Shown: piece after piece, positions 1 through 10,686 of the stretch
Numbering within the stretch: the first letter of the stretch is position 1
Layout: the number at the start of each line of letters is the position of its first letter
Assembly (NCBI GenBank): GCA_028873125.1
Contig: JAGWMQ010000005.1
Span: forward strand, 1 to 59,925
DNA: 59,925 nt
DNA from: Verrucomicrobiota bacterium
Lineage (GTDB): Bacteria > Verrucomicrobiota > Verrucomicrobiia > Limisphaerales > UBA11358
Direction of reading: 5' to 3'
Notes under the pieces: model-generated
Seen by the model: only the letters and a program-made list of their open reading frames with translations
Databases searched by the model: none
What the model was told of the DNA's origin: nothing
Program-made: the position numbers and the translations under genes

Positions 1-96
1 GACAGCTACTTTCATTGAGGCCCCGCTTTGGCGGGCTGATTGAGGCGGTCAGAGGCCTCGAACCTCTGCGGCGGTTTCCCGGGTGATTGGCGGCTG

Positions 97-2391
97 CTAA
101 ATCCGCTTTTGCCAGCGCACCGACGCCGACTTCACCTGGCTGGAGTTGTCCCCGATTCGGATGATGAATTCCCCCGGCTCCCAGTCGTATTGCAGATTTT
201 CATTGTAAAATTTCAAATCGTCCGGCGTGATGCGAAACGTCACCGTTTTGGTTTCGCCCGGCTGCAAATACACTTTCTGGAATCCCCGCAAATCCTCCAC
301 GCCGCGCGCCATGCCGGCCTCCGGCTGGCTCAGATACAACTGCACCGTCTCGCTGCCGGCGCGTTGGCCCGTGTTGGTCACCCCCACCGATGCCAACAAG
401 GTCTCGTCGGCGGTGAGGTTGGTCCGGCTCAGTTGGACGCCGCCGAAGGCAAACGTGGTGTAGCTCAAGCCGTAGCCGAAGGGATATAATGGATCATTGG
501 ACACATCCAGGTAGCGGGAGACATACTTGAATCCCGGATCATTCCGATAGGGCCGCCCGGTGTTTTGATGGTTGTAATAAATGGGAATCTGGCCGACATC
601 GCGCGGGAAGGTCGCCGTCAGTTTGCCCGACGGATTGTAATCGCCAAAGAGCACGTCGGCGATGGCGTTGCCCGCCTCGGTGCCGCCAAACCAGGTTTCC
701 AGAATGGCGCCACAATGCGCCGCCTCCCAAGTCAAGGTCAAGGGCCGGCCGTTCATCAGCACCAGCACGACGGGTTTACCGGTTTTGACCAGCGCGCGCA
801 GAAGATTCTCCTGGCCTTGCGGCAGCCCGAGACGGCTGCGGCTGGCGGCCTCGCCGCTCATGCCGGCGGATTCGCCCAACACCGCCACCACCACGTCGGC
901 ACGCTTCGCCACCGCCACCGCCTGCTTCAACGTTTCCTGCGGCGAACGACGGTCCACCGGAAGATACTCGCCGAACGCCCGCAGCGTGGCCCGCAGCGCC
1001 GGATCGTCAATCAGGTTGGCGCCTTGGGCGTGCAAAACGGACACGGTGGCCCCGGCCACGTTGCTGATGCCCGCCGCGACGCTGACAGCCAGGCGCCAAT
1101 CGCCGCCGGCGCGCCAACTCCCCAGCAGGTTGCTCTGGTCCTCCGCCAGCGGACCCACCAGCGCAATGATTCCGGACTTCTTCAGGGGCAGGAGGGGCCC
1201 GTCGTTTTTCAGGAGCACGCATGATTGCTCCGCCAGTTCCCGGGCCACCCGCCGGTTTTGAGGCGTGAGGATTTCCGCGCGCGCCCGCTCCTCCGTGCAA
1301 CCACGATAGGGGTCGCTGAACAAGCCGAGCTTGTATTTGGCCTCCAGGATTCGCCGGCAGGCTTGATTGACCAGGGACACCGGGATTTCTCCGCGCGAGA
1401 CCAATTCCGGCAAACACTTGAGGTAGGCTTCGCTTACCATATCCATGTCCACGCCCGCGCGGAGGGCCAGTTCAGCGTCCTTGGACAAATCGCCCATGCC
1501 CCAGGCGGTCATTTCGCTGATGGCTTCATAGTCGCTGACGACGAAGCCTTGGAACCCCCACTGTTTTCTGAGCACATCGGTGACGAGCCAGTGGTCACCG
1601 GTGGCCGGCAGGCCGTTGATGTCATTGAAGGAAGTCATGACGCTGCCCGCGCCGGCCTCCACCGCCGCCCGGTATGGCGGAAGGTAATACTGATACATCC
1701 GGTGCCGGCTCATATCCACCGTGTTGTAGTCACGGCCCGCCTCCACGGCGCCGTACAAGGCAAAGTGTTTCACGCACGCCAGGAGGGCGTTGCTGCGGCT
1801 GAGGTCCTCCCCCTGGTAGCCGCGCACCATCGCCGAGGCGATCCGCGCGCCCAGATAAGGATCCTCCCCGGCGCCTTCCACAATTCGACCCCACCGCGGG
1901 TCCCGGCAAAGGTCCACCATCGACGAGAAGGTCCAGTTCACGCCGTCGGCGGTCGCCTCATCGGCGGCGACGCGCGCGCTGCGCTCGATGGCCGCCGGGC
2001 TCCAGGTGCAGGACAAGGCCAGCGGCACGGGGAAAATCGTCTTGTATCCGTGGATGACGTCGAATCCAAACAGCAGCGGGATGCCCAAACGGGTCTGGTG
2101 GACGGCCAGGGATTGCAGTTTCCGCACCGCCGCCGGCCTATAGACGTTGAAAACTCCGCCCGCCAGGCCGTGCTTGATCTGGGACTCCACGTCCTGGTTG
2201 AGCTGTGGCCCGGTGGCCGTGAATCCCACCGACAAGAGATTTAACTGCCCGATTTTTTCCTCCAACGTCATCCGGTTCATCAAACCGTCAATGAAGGCGT
2301 TCATTTTGACATCGCCGGCCAGCGGCTTGGCCTGAAGGCAGCCGGCCAGCAACGTCCCGATCAGGGGCGCAAACAGCCTGGTTCTTTTCAT
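97..2391 (-). CDS. bglX: Periplasmic beta-glucosidase, GH3 (BglX-like)
   Basis: Signal peptide; MTLEEKIGQL, DVIHG, RDPRWGR, CVKHF and VVSDY (nucleophile) motifs; C-terminal FN3-like domain. Confidence 0.93.
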   Translation of the reverse strand: MKRTRLFAPLIGTLLAGCLQAKPLAGDVKMNAFIDGLMNRMTLEEKIGQLNLLSVGFTATGPQLNQDVESQIKHGLAGGVFNVYRPAAVRKLQSLAVHQTRLGIPLLFGFDVIHGYKTIFPVPLALSCTWSPAAIERSARVAADEATADGVNWTFSSMVDLCRDPRWGRIVEGAGEDPYLGARIASAMVRGYQGEDLSRSNALLACVKHFALYGAVEAGRDYNTVDMSRHRMYQYYLPPYRAAVEAGAGSVMTSFNDINGLPATGDHWLVTDVLRKQWGFQGFVVSDYEAISEMTAWGMGDLSKDAELALRAGVDMDMVSEAYLKCLPELVSRGEIPVSLVNQACRRILEAKYKLGLFSDPYRGCTEERARAEILTPQNRRVARELAEQSCVLLKNDGPLLPLKKSGIIALVGPLAEDQSNLLGSWRAGGDWRLAVSVAAGISNVAGATVSVLHAQGANLIDDPALRATLRAFGEYLPVDRRSPQETLKQAVAVAKRADVVVAVLGESAGMSGEAASRSRLGLPQGQENLLRALVKTGKPVVLVLMNGRPLTLTWEAAHCGAILETWFGGTEAGNAIADVLFGDYNPSGKLTATFPRDVGQIPIYYNHQNTGRPYRNDPGFKYVSRYLDVSNDPLYPFGYGLSYTTFAFGGVQLSRTNLTADETLLASVGVTNTGQRAGSETVQLYLSQPEAGMARGVEDLRGFQKVYLQPGETKTVTFRITPDDLKFYNENLQYDWEPGEFIIRIGDNSSQVKSASVRWQKRI

Positions 2392-2572
2392 TTTGGTTGT
2401 GATCGGCGTGGAGGCACCGGCGGGCTTTTAGCACAGGTTCCCAGCCTGTGTCACAATAATTCCTCCTGAACAACGACGAGGTCCGGATGGCCGCAACTGC
2501 GTCGCCGCAAATTCAAGACGGTTGAACTTGAAACATCTCCTCGTCGTCGGGCCGTCCCCCCATCGTCGCCGC

Positions 2573-3478
2573 TCACGGAAAGGTGCTCACACCGACCGCA
2601 TGCTGGTCCAGCCAGTACACGTCCCCCACCCCGGGGTCGCCGACGAGATTGTGCTCGTTGATCGGGGTGGATTGGATGGGCTGGTTGATGTAGGCGCATG
2701 TCCACTTGTGAATCACCGAATGGCCGTCGGCAAAGGAGAAGCCGGCCGCACGCCCATGGTAACTGGCGGGGACATCCTGCAGATAACCGGGCTGATCCGC
2801 CTTGGTGAAAAATGTGCCATCGTTGATGCTGTCTGGGCGCTCGTCCAGAATCACAAACGTCAGGCTGGGCGCCCGCATGCTGGACAGCTTGCTGAAGGTG
2901 TGATAGACACTGGTGTTCCTGCCGGGGCTGGTGACCGGGTTGGGGTCGGTGGTCTTGGAGCGCGACGGTGCGCCGACGTAATTGTTCATTGAGTAGCTGC
3001 GCGCGCGCGGATAGGCAGAGCCGTAAATTTTGGCCACCGACCGGTCCGCCGGACACTTGAACAAGGTGGCATTCCGGCCCACATAAACCCCCAGGTAAGC
3101 GCCGTAGGGATAGGCGGAATGATCCACCAGCATGGCGGTGTTGGTATTGTCCAGGCTGAAGCCGAGGCTGAGCACGCCAGCCACCCAGCAGGGAGTGGTC
3201 ACCGTTTCACCGGCCAGAGGCGGCGTGATCCCATCCACGTTGGGCGGCGGCTGGTCGTTATGGTCGCCGGCATACATAATGACGCCCAAGGCCAGTTGCT
3301 TGGTGTTGTTCATGCAATAGACGGCTTGGGCGCGGGACTTGGCCGCGGAGAGGGCCGGCAGCAACAGCGCCGCCAGGATGGCGATGATGGCAATCACCAC
3401 CAGCAACTCGATCAAGGTAAAACCACGCGGCCGCCGCGGCAGGGAAACTTGTTCCAGTTTGCAGGGTGGGAGGTCCAT
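2573..3478 (-). CDS. Prepilin-type N-terminal cleavage/methylation protein with H-X9-DG C-terminus (DUF1559-like)
   Basis: RG|[52 protein letters not shown]; ATG at 3478 lies just after the stop of the upstream gene. Confidence 0.9.
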   Translation of the reverse strand: MDLPPCKLEQVSLPRRPRGFTLIELLVVIAIIAILAALLLPALSAAKSRAQAVYCMNNTKQLALGVIMYAGDHNDQPPPNVDGITPPLAGETVTTPCWVAGVLSLGFSLDNTNTAMLVDHSAYPYGAYLGVYVGRNATLFKCPADRSVAKIYGSAYPRARSYSMNNYVGAPSRSKTTDPNPVTSPGRNTSVYHTFSKLSSMRAPSLTFVILDERPDSINDGTFFTKADQPGYLQDVPASYHGRAAGFSFADGHSVIHKWTCAYINQPIQSTPINEHNLVGDPGVGDVYWLDQHAVGVSTFP

Positions 3479-3483
3479 ACGAT

Positions 3484-6276
3484 TCAGGGCGACGTCACCT
3501 TGTAAAACCGCTGGCTGTCTCCGGGACCGGAATCCGCCACCGATTTGACCGTGCCGTCCCCGAGCACGGAGTTCAACAGCGACCAACTGCCCGTGGCCAA
3601 ATTGGTCCGATAAAAGACGCGGTAATTTGACCCCGGCTGGGTCGGGAAGGACAGGTGGATGTCATTGCCGGAGCGGGTGGCCGAGAGGCTGATGGGGGAG
3701 GCGGACACCAGCATGAAATAGCTCGGATAGCAGTTGCCGGTGGGCGTGGCGACCTGGAGGGTGGCGACGCCTGGGAGATTGACCACCGCCGGCGCGACCC
3801 CGCCCGCATCCGTCAAAGGCACCCAGGCAAAGGTGCTGATATTGGCCCCCATGGCGCTCCATTGGCCGAGGGGCTTGACCTCCTGGTTGGTGGTTCCCAA
3901 CCCGCTGACGACCTGGCCCAGGGTCATGGTGTAAGGCCCCAGCCCCGACGTGCGCGCGTACACGTAGTAACTTCCCGGCGGATAATCCCGCGTGTAATTG
4001 GCCCAGTCGCCGCCTCCGTAATAATACAACTGATAGTCAATCGCGAAATCATTGATGAACACCTGCCGCAAGTAATCGCCGGCGGGCTGCTGGGGGATCC
4101 CATTCACCCGATATTGGTAATCGGAGCCGTCGGTCGGCTCGCTGCCCACCAGGGTGTGGTGAAAATCAACGTTGGTGACCGACACAAACGAGGCGTAGCC
4201 ATCCGGGGCATAACTGGCCGAGGGGACATACTGGTCGGCGTTGTAGTCGTAATCCTCCGCCTCAACCATGTAATTGCTCTGGCTGAAGGTGTCGAACTGG
4301 TTGGTGATGCTGATGCCGTGGCCGAGGGAATTGGTCACGTTGATGACGGCGGTGTGCATTTCGTTGGGCGCCAGGTCGGGATAGACGACGTTATTGCTGG
4401 AGGCCGTGCCGGTGATCACCAGGTTCGAAGAGACGTCGTTGCCGTCCAGGATCACCTGGATGCCGCCGGCCGGGAAGGCGGCCCCCAGGGTGGTTACCAC
4501 AAAACCAAGAGCGTTGGTATACTCGAAGGGGTGTTTGCCCGTCGGATAGAGCCTGGTCAGGTACGGCAAATCCACCTCGGCGGGGACGATCATGAAGAAC
4601 GTCGGCAGCATGTTGCCGCCGCTGGTGACGCGCAAGGTTTCCCTGCCGTTAAGGACGACGGTTGCATTCTGGCCATCGAGGTTGGTGTCCTGCAAATAGA
4701 CGAACTGGAAGGTGCTCCAACTCGGGCCGGGGTTCATCGTGAAGACCCCCACCACATTGGTGGACACACCGGGGTCCACCAGGCTCATCTGAAGGCTCCC
4801 GGCCGAAGTGGCGCCGTTGGCGAACCGCCCGATGATCCAGTTGGTGCTGGCCGGCCAGTCCCGGGTGTAGTTCACCCATTCAGCGGCGCTGTTGAACGCC
4901 GGGTTGCCGTTGAACGGGTCAATGCGGTAATCAATCCGGTTCGCCACGTAAAGGTCGGGCCGCGTATAGTCGCCTGACGGAACGGTGCCTATGCCATCGG
5001 TGGCGCCACGATAAAATTGGTTGGGAGGCGTGCCCGAACTGTTCTCGTCCACATTCTGCGTGCCAACGGTTCCGAAGTAGCAGTTCGGGCCGCCGGGCGC
5101 ATTGCATAGGTCTGGATCATCAATGTACATGCCGTTGGTAAAATCCCAATCCTCGGCCTCCCAAAGGTAGGTCGGCGCCGGCACCCCGAGCCAGGTGGTC
5201 TGGAAGGTGGTGTTGGCATTTGCCGCAAAGCCAAAGCTGTCCGTCACGGTGATGGACGCGTTGTAGGCGGTGTTGGATTGCAGCCCGCTGTAGAACACGG
5301 CCCAGTTCGAGGAGGAGCCGCTGAAGGCCAGGTTGGTGGAGACATCGGTCCCATTCAGGACCAGATGAATGGCGTTGGTGTTGATGGGGTGGCCGCTGGG
5401 CGAGCTGACGTCAAAACTGACGCCGTTGCTGGGCGGCACAAAAATCATGTTCTGCGGGTAAAGATTGCCGATCGCCGGCGGGATCGGGCCGGTCAACTGT
5501 TCCAGGTCCGCGTCGTCCAAATACGACGAGCCGCCCTCGCTGCCAAACTGGAGGTAGCAATACCGGTAACGGACCAGGGCCGTGCCCGCCGGGGCCACCA
5601 GTTGGCTGACCGCGCCGGTGATCGCATAGGTGTTGAAGGTCGGATCGCCGGTGGACACCGGTTGGGTGACGTCGCAGGCGTTGGTCACCTGGTATTGAAT
5701 CCACTGGTCCAGGCCGGCGTTGACGTTGAAATTGGCCGATTTGTCAAGGGCCAGCAGATTGCTGCTCGAATCCAGGAATTCGACTTGCAACCAGACATAG
5801 CAATCCGCCCCCAACTGATCGCCACTGTTGATGTACAACCAGCCGCCGGCCTGATAGGCCGAGCCGGGAGCGCTGCTGAAGGTCTGGTAGATGCCCGCCA
5901 CGTTGTTTGTGCCCGAATAAAGCGCGCCCCACTCCTTCCAAAAGAAATTTCCCGAATGGGCGGTGACAGTGGTTCCATTCAGCGAGCCGCTGTGTTCCAC
6001 CCAAAAGTCGCCAAAATAACCCGGAGACGTTGGCGGTGAAAAATACGACCAGCCGGTCGCGGGGTTGGTCACGCTGTTGTGTCCGGTCGGCGGCAACTCG
6101 AAACTCGGATTCTCCAGGAGGTTGACGGCTCGCGCCGGACTGACCACCAGCACCAAGGCCGCAGCCGCAGCCGCCAGCCGCCGAGGCAAAGGTCCGAGCA
6201 TTGAAGATTGAGGTCCTTCTTTTGGGTTCCGAATCACTCCCAAGCCGGTTTCTGAATACTTGATTGCATTTTTCAT
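3484..6276 (-). CDS. Large secreted carbohydrate-binding protein (CBM4/9-like N-terminus, two Ig-like + CBM6/35-like modules, C-terminal RFYK module)
   Basis: Signal peptide ending ARA|[10 protein letters not shown]; duplicated EAED(W/Y)D...W.NYTRD module; no catalytic motif seen; start may be at 6201. Confidence 0.7.
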   Translation of the reverse strand: MKNAIKYSETGLGVIRNPKEGPQSSMLGPLPRRLAAAAAALVLVVSPARAVNLLENPSFELPPTGHNSVTNPATGWSYFSPPTSPGYFGDFWVEHSGSLNGTTVTAHSGNFFWKEWGALYSGTNNVAGIYQTFSSAPGSAYQAGGWLYINSGDQLGADCYVWLQVEFLDSSSNLLALDKSANFNVNAGLDQWIQYQVTNACDVTQPVSTGDPTFNTYAITGAVSQLVAPAGTALVRYRYCYLQFGSEGGSSYLDDADLEQLTGPIPPAIGNLYPQNMIFVPPSNGVSFDVSSPSGHPINTNAIHLVLNGTDVSTNLAFSGSSSNWAVFYSGLQSNTAYNASITVTDSFGFAANANTTFQTTWLGVPAPTYLWEAEDWDFTNGMYIDDPDLCNAPGGPNCYFGTVGTQNVDENSSGTPPNQFYRGATDGIGTVPSGDYTRPDLYVANRIDYRIDPFNGNPAFNSAAEWVNYTRDWPASTNWIIGRFANGATSAGSLQMSLVDPGVSTNVVGVFTMNPGPSWSTFQFVYLQDTNLDGQNATVVLNGRETLRVTSGGNMLPTFFMIVPAEVDLPYLTRLYPTGKHPFEYTNALGFVVTTLGAAFPAGGIQVILDGNDVSSNLVITGTASSNNVVYPDLAPNEMHTAVINVTNSLGHGISITNQFDTFSQSNYMVEAEDYDYNADQYVPSASYAPDGYASFVSVTNVDFHHTLVGSEPTDGSDYQYRVNGIPQQPAGDYLRQVFINDFAIDYQLYYYGGGDWANYTRDYPPGSYYVYARTSGLGPYTMTLGQVVSGLGTTNQEVKPLGQWSAMGANISTFAWVPLTDAGGVAPAVVNLPGVATLQVATPTGNCYPSYFMLVSASPISLSATRSGNDIHLSFPTQPGSNYRVFYRTNLATGSWSLLNSVLGDGTVKSVADSGPGDSQRFYKVTSP

Positions 6277-6606
6277 AGGCTTGCGTCGTCACTCTCTTCC
6301 CAAGTATCCCCCTGGCCCGCATTCGGGAAGTAGGCGTTTGATATTACCATGACAGCCGGTCCCCAATTGTCAACTTTTTTCTGGGCATTTGCCGCGAGGA
6401 TCAAAGGCGATCAAAAGCGCACAAGCCAGGGCAAACCATTCGGCGCTGCGGATTTGGAGCAGAGCGCGGGGCGTTCTTGGGCATTGGGCTTGCGAGCGAG
6501 GATGCGGCTGTCGCCTTCGAAGTCCGCACGCCCCAACCTCAAATCATCTTGACCCCGGTTTGATCAATCCTACATTCAACCGAGTCTCCGCACTGATTGT
6601 GAACTT

Positions 6607-8436
6607 ATGAAGCAAACTCTGTCTGTCCTCATGGCGCTCCTGGCGATCATCCTCGATGCCGCCGCCCAACCGGCAGCCCCCACCAACGTCGTGGTCTTCT
6701 CAGGCGACTTGAGCGTCATCCTGCATTGGGACCCGGATTCGTCGTCCGGCGTGTCGGGCTACAACGTGTACCGTTCTCTCAACGGCGGCGGTCCTTTCAC
6801 CCAGTTGAACGGCGGCCTGGTGACGGCTTTGGGCTACTGCGATCTCACCGTCAGCGACGGCCAGACGTATTATTACCAGGTCACGGCGGTGAACGCCTCC
6901 TCCCAGACCAGCCCGCCGTCGGCCACCCTGTCCACCACGCCCAACCCCTTTCCCAACGACGACGCCTTTCTGGATTACCTGGAGGAGGCCAATTTTGATT
7001 ACTTCTGGTACACGGCGAATCCGGTCAACGGGCTCGTCCCGGACCGCTCGACGGCCGGCTCGGCGTGCAGCATCGCGTCGGTCGGCTTCGGTCTGACCGC
7101 CATCGGAATTGCCATTGACCACGGCTGGATTACCCGGGACCAGGGCGCGGCGCGCGTGCTGACCACGTTGAACACCTTCTGGAACGGGCCGCAGGGCGCC
7201 AATGCCTCCGGCGACATCGGGTACAATGGCTGGTTCTACCATTTCCTGGACATGAACACCGCCACGCGGTCGGGCAGCTCGGAATTGTCTTCCATTGACA
7301 CCGCCCTGTTGCTGGCGGGCGTCCTCTATGCCAAACAATACTTCAACGCCACCAACGCCGCCGAGACCAGCATCCGGACGTTGGCCGGCGCGATCTTCAA
7401 CCGGGTGAACTGGCTGTGGATGGCGCCGGACATCCCCAGCACCAACGGGGTGCGGATGGGCTGGCTGCCCGGGTCGGGTTTCAGCGGCTTCGGCGATTGG
7501 ATCGGCTATGACGAGGCCATGCTGCTCTATTTGCTCGGCATGGGTGCCACAACCAACTCGCTCCCGCCCGCTTGCTGGAGCTATTGGACCAGCGGCTACA
7601 CCTGGGCCAGCTATTACGGCGAGTCGTTCGTCCCGTTTCCGCCCTTGTTCGGACATGAATACTCGCACTGCTGGGTGGACTTCCGCCATGTCGGGGACGC
7701 CTACATGAACGCCAAAGACAGCACCTACTTCGAAAACTCGCACCGGGCGGCGCTGGCCCAGCAGGCGTATTGCGCCGCGGATCCGCTGGGCTGGCCGGGC
7801 TATAGCAGCACCGTCTGGGGATTGACCGCCTCCGATGGTCCGTCGGGTTACGCGGCGCACGGGGCGCCACCAGCCCTGAATGACGACGGCACCATCGCCT
7901 TCACCGCCCCGGGCGGCGCCCTGGCCTTCGCCCCCGAAATCGCCTTGCCGACGATGGAGTATTTTTACACCCACGGTCGGCAGAGATTCTGGACCCAATA
8001 CGGTTTCATTGACGCGTTTAACCTCGCCAAAGGGTGGTACGATAACACCGAGCTGGGCATTGACCAGGGGCCGATCGTCATCATGGCGGAAAACTACCGG
8101 AACCAAAATGTGTGGCGGTTGTTCGTGCAAAATCCGGAAGTCCGGACCGGCCTGCAACGGGCGGGATTTGTCCCGCTGCCGTTTGTCACGAATCTCACGG
8201 CGCAGATTCAGCCGTTGCAGGGCACCGTTACCCTGGCCTGGCCCGCCGTTTCCGGCCGGACTTATCAGGTGGAATACTCGACCAACCTGCTTTCCTGGTT
8301 CATGGCGCCGACCGGGGAAATCACGGCCACGAACACCACCGCAAGCTGGACCGACAGCGGGCCGCCCGGCACGTTCTCCGCGCCGTTGAGCGACACCGGG
8401 AGATTTTACCGCGTGTTCCAATACGGGTCTCCTTAG
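6607..8436 (+). CDS. FN3 + GH144 (glucoamylase-like, endo-beta-1,2-glucanase family) secreted hydrolase
   Basis: Signal peptide; FN3 (W...GYNVYRS...YYYQVTAVN); SIASVGFGL, GWFYHF, ELSSIDTALL, GYDEA, PLFGHEYS, WGLTA, LGIDQGP motifs; RFYRV tail. Confidence 0.85.
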   Translation: MKQTLSVLMALLAIILDAAAQPAAPTNVVVFSGDLSVILHWDPDSSSGVSGYNVYRSLNGGGPFTQLNGGLVTALGYCDLTVSDGQTYYYQVTAVNASSQTSPPSATLSTTPNPFPNDDAFLDYLEEANFDYFWYTANPVNGLVPDRSTAGSACSIASVGFGLTAIGIAIDHGWITRDQGAARVLTTLNTFWNGPQGANASGDIGYNGWFYHFLDMNTATRSGSSELSSIDTALLLAGVLYAKQYFNATNAAETSIRTLAGAIFNRVNWLWMAPDIPSTNGVRMGWLPGSGFSGFGDWIGYDEAMLLYLLGMGATTNSLPPACWSYWTSGYTWASYYGESFVPFPPLFGHEYSHCWVDFRHVGDAYMNAKDSTYFENSHRAALAQQAYCAADPLGWPGYSSTVWGLTASDGPSGYAAHGAPPALNDDGTIAFTAPGGALAFAPEIALPTMEYFYTHGRQRFWTQYGFIDAFNLAKGWYDNTELGIDQGPIVIMAENYRNQNVWRLFVQNPEVRTGLQRAGFVPLPFVTNLTAQIQPLQGTVTLAWPAVSGRTYQVEYSTNLLSWFMAPTGEITATNTTASWTDSGPPGTFSAPLSDTGRFYRVFQYGSP

Positions 8437-8578
8437 TTGAAATCGGAGCTCACGGGAGTCCTTCGGCCGCGCCGATCTCCAACATCGGATGGAGCGCGGG
8501 ACTTCCGTCTCTGGCGGGAAACAACGAAGTCTGCGGGGAGAGAACCGCTCAAAGGAGACAGGCGCGGCGCCGGGCTGG

Positions 8579-9547
8579 CTATGGATAATACGGGTTTGTG
8601 CCGGGGGCGGGCGCGGTGGTGTGATGAGCCAGCCAGAGAATATCGGGATCATCAGGAACGCTGGGACCATTTTCATTACCGAGAAAAGGCGCGGTGTCAG
8701 CAGCCCAAATTGCGAGCGGAATGGATTGCGGCGCCTGCCATTGGCGGGTTTGGATATGCCCATCGGCAAACGAAAAATTGCAAGCGTTGTTGTGGTATTT
8801 GGCGGGTGTATCTATCCAGTGCGTGGCATCAATCGGATTGAACGGCATCTTGAACGCAAAGGCGGCATCGTTGATGCTGTCCGGATGTTCTTCGAGCAAC
8901 ACCCACAGGTCAGAAGGGTTTGGCGCGGTTACGCTGTTCTTGGTCAAATAAACCCTCCATGGCGGGGTGGGCGAACCCGAACCTCCCACCAGCCAATGGC
9001 CAATGTAGTGGCCTTGATAGCTTGCCTGCCCGTTGATTTCGCAGCCGACCGCCTGGTTCATCGAATAACTCCGCACGCGCGGCAGTTCATTTGTCCCAGG
9101 CGTACTGGTGACACTCCATGTACTCAAGTCTGCGGGGCATTTGAACAATGCCGGATTCCTCACGTAAGGCCCCAGCACGGAGAACCTGCCATAAGTCAAG
9201 AGCGCCGTGTTCGTGGTGTCGCCCCCAGCGTAGCTTGTCCCGCCACCTGAGCGCATGTCGCCGGCTGCCCATCGGGGAAAGGCATTGTAATCCGGATTCG
9301 GCGGGAAATGACCGCCATTGTCATCGGCATACATGAGCCAGGCCCGGGTGATTTGGCGGAGATTATTGACGCATTGCGTTCCCTGCGGTTGAGCGCCGGT
9401 TCTCGCCAGGGCCGGCAGCAGCGTGACCGCCAGCAGCGCCAGCGTGGCGAGGATTACCAGCAATTCAATCCGGCTGAAAGCGCGATCCTCTTCGTGCACG
9501 ACGGGTGCTCGTCTGTCGCGAACCGAATCGCCAGGGGAGGGTTTCAT
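8579..9547 (-). CDS. Prepilin-type H-X9-DG protein, tandem paralog A
   Basis: A|FSRIELLVIL, CVNNLRQ, FKCPAD, EEHPDSIND, H-NNACNFSFA-DGH. Confidence 0.88.
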   Translation of the reverse strand: MKPSPGDSVRDRRAPVVHEEDRAFSRIELLVILATLALLAVTLLPALARTGAQPQGTQCVNNLRQITRAWLMYADDNGGHFPPNPDYNAFPRWAAGDMRSGGGTSYAGGDTTNTALLTYGRFSVLGPYVRNPALFKCPADLSTWSVTSTPGTNELPRVRSYSMNQAVGCEINGQASYQGHYIGHWLVGGSGSPTPPWRVYLTKNSVTAPNPSDLWVLLEEHPDSINDAAFAFKMPFNPIDATHWIDTPAKYHNNACNFSFADGHIQTRQWQAPQSIPLAIWAADTAPFLGNENGPSVPDDPDILWLAHHTTAPAPGTNPYYP

Positions 9548-9615
9548 GCGTTTGTAAGCATTTTATCCCAATGGTCACCGGCTCGCGCGAACAGAAGCAG
9601 CCGTGCCACCATCGG

Positions 9616-10569
9616 TCATGGATAATAGACGTTGGTGGCGCCTGGAACCGGCGCGGTCGTGTGATGAGACAGCCAACGAATATCGGGATCGTTCGGAACG
9701 CTGGGATTTCCGTTGCCGATATTAAAGCCGGTGTCAGCAGCCCAAACTTCGGTTATAATTCCTTGTGGCATCTGCCACTGATGAGTTTCCGCGTGGCCAT
9801 CGGCGAAGGAGAAATTACATGCATTGTTGTGATGTTTGGCCGGCCAATCAATGAAATAGGTATTTGAAGGATTGAGGGGCATTTCAACCGCAAGCCCGGC
9901 GTCATTGATAGTGTCTGGATGCTCGTCCAGGAGCACAAACAGATCCGAAGGCCTGGGAGCAGTGATACCGCTCTCAGTCAAATAAATTCTCCAAGGAGGC
10001 GTAGGCGAACCCGAAGTTCCCACCAGCCAATGACCGATGTAGTGGCCGTTATAACTTGCCTGTCCGTTGATCTCGCAGCCCACCGCCGCATTCATCGAAT
10101 AACTCCGCACGCGCGGCATTCCGTACCACGTGCTCAAGTCGGCCGGACATTTGAACAGCGCCGGATTTTTCATGTAAGGCCCCAGCACGGAAAACGCCGC
10201 ATTGGTCAGCAGCGCCGTGTTGGTGGCATCAATTCCGGAATAGGGCGGCCCAATGATTCCACCCCGCATGTCCCCGGCAACCCACCTGGGAGCAACGTTG
10301 TAATCCGGGTTTGGCGGAAAGTGTCCGCCATTGTCGTCCGCATACATCAGCCAAGCCTTCGTGATCTGGCGGAGATTGTTGACGCATTGGGTTCCCTGCG
10401 GCTGAGCGCCGGTTCTCGCTAAGGCCGGCAGCAGCGTGACCGCGAGCAAGGCGAGCATTGCCAGGATTACGAGCAATTCCACCCGGTTGAAGGCGGCCAA
10501 GTTATCACTGATGCCCGGGGTGTGATGATCCCGGAGCAAACCGCCAGTGAGGTAATTCGCGGGTTTCAT
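9616..10569 (-). CDS. Prepilin-type H-X9-DG protein, tandem paralog B
   Basis: A|FNRVELLVIL; same motifs as paralog A, with long identical blocks. Confidence 0.88.
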   Translation of the reverse strand: MKPANYLTGGLLRDHHTPGISDNLAAFNRVELLVILAMLALLAVTLLPALARTGAQPQGTQCVNNLRQITKAWLMYADDNGGHFPPNPDYNVAPRWVAGDMRGGIIGPPYSGIDATNTALLTNAAFSVLGPYMKNPALFKCPADLSTWYGMPRVRSYSMNAAVGCEINGQASYNGHYIGHWLVGTSGSPTPPWRIYLTESGITAPRPSDLFVLLDEHPDTINDAGLAVEMPLNPSNTYFIDWPAKHHNNACNFSFADGHAETHQWQMPQGIITEVWAADTGFNIGNGNPSVPNDPDIRWLSHHTTAPVPGATNVYYP

Positions 10570-10686
10570 GGCCAGCTGGCTTGGATGCGGAAAAGTTAAC
10601 CGAACCTGACGCCGCTGTAAAGAATTTTATTGACTCTGAATCTTATTTGGGGTAGTCTTTCACTAATTTTCAGCACGGGTTTTCCG

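Noticed and set aside
6700-8769. 689-aa minus-strand ORF and similar long ORFs (29829-31985, 36805-38907, 50060-52087, 54147-55964)
   Set aside because: Antisense shadows of well-supported genes in high-GC DNA; no motifs and Arg/Gly/Pro-rich composition.
8579-10569. Diversity-generating retroelement (TR/VR pair)
   Set aside because: Both copies are full ORFs, differences include indels and all base types, and no reverse transcriptase is in the window.
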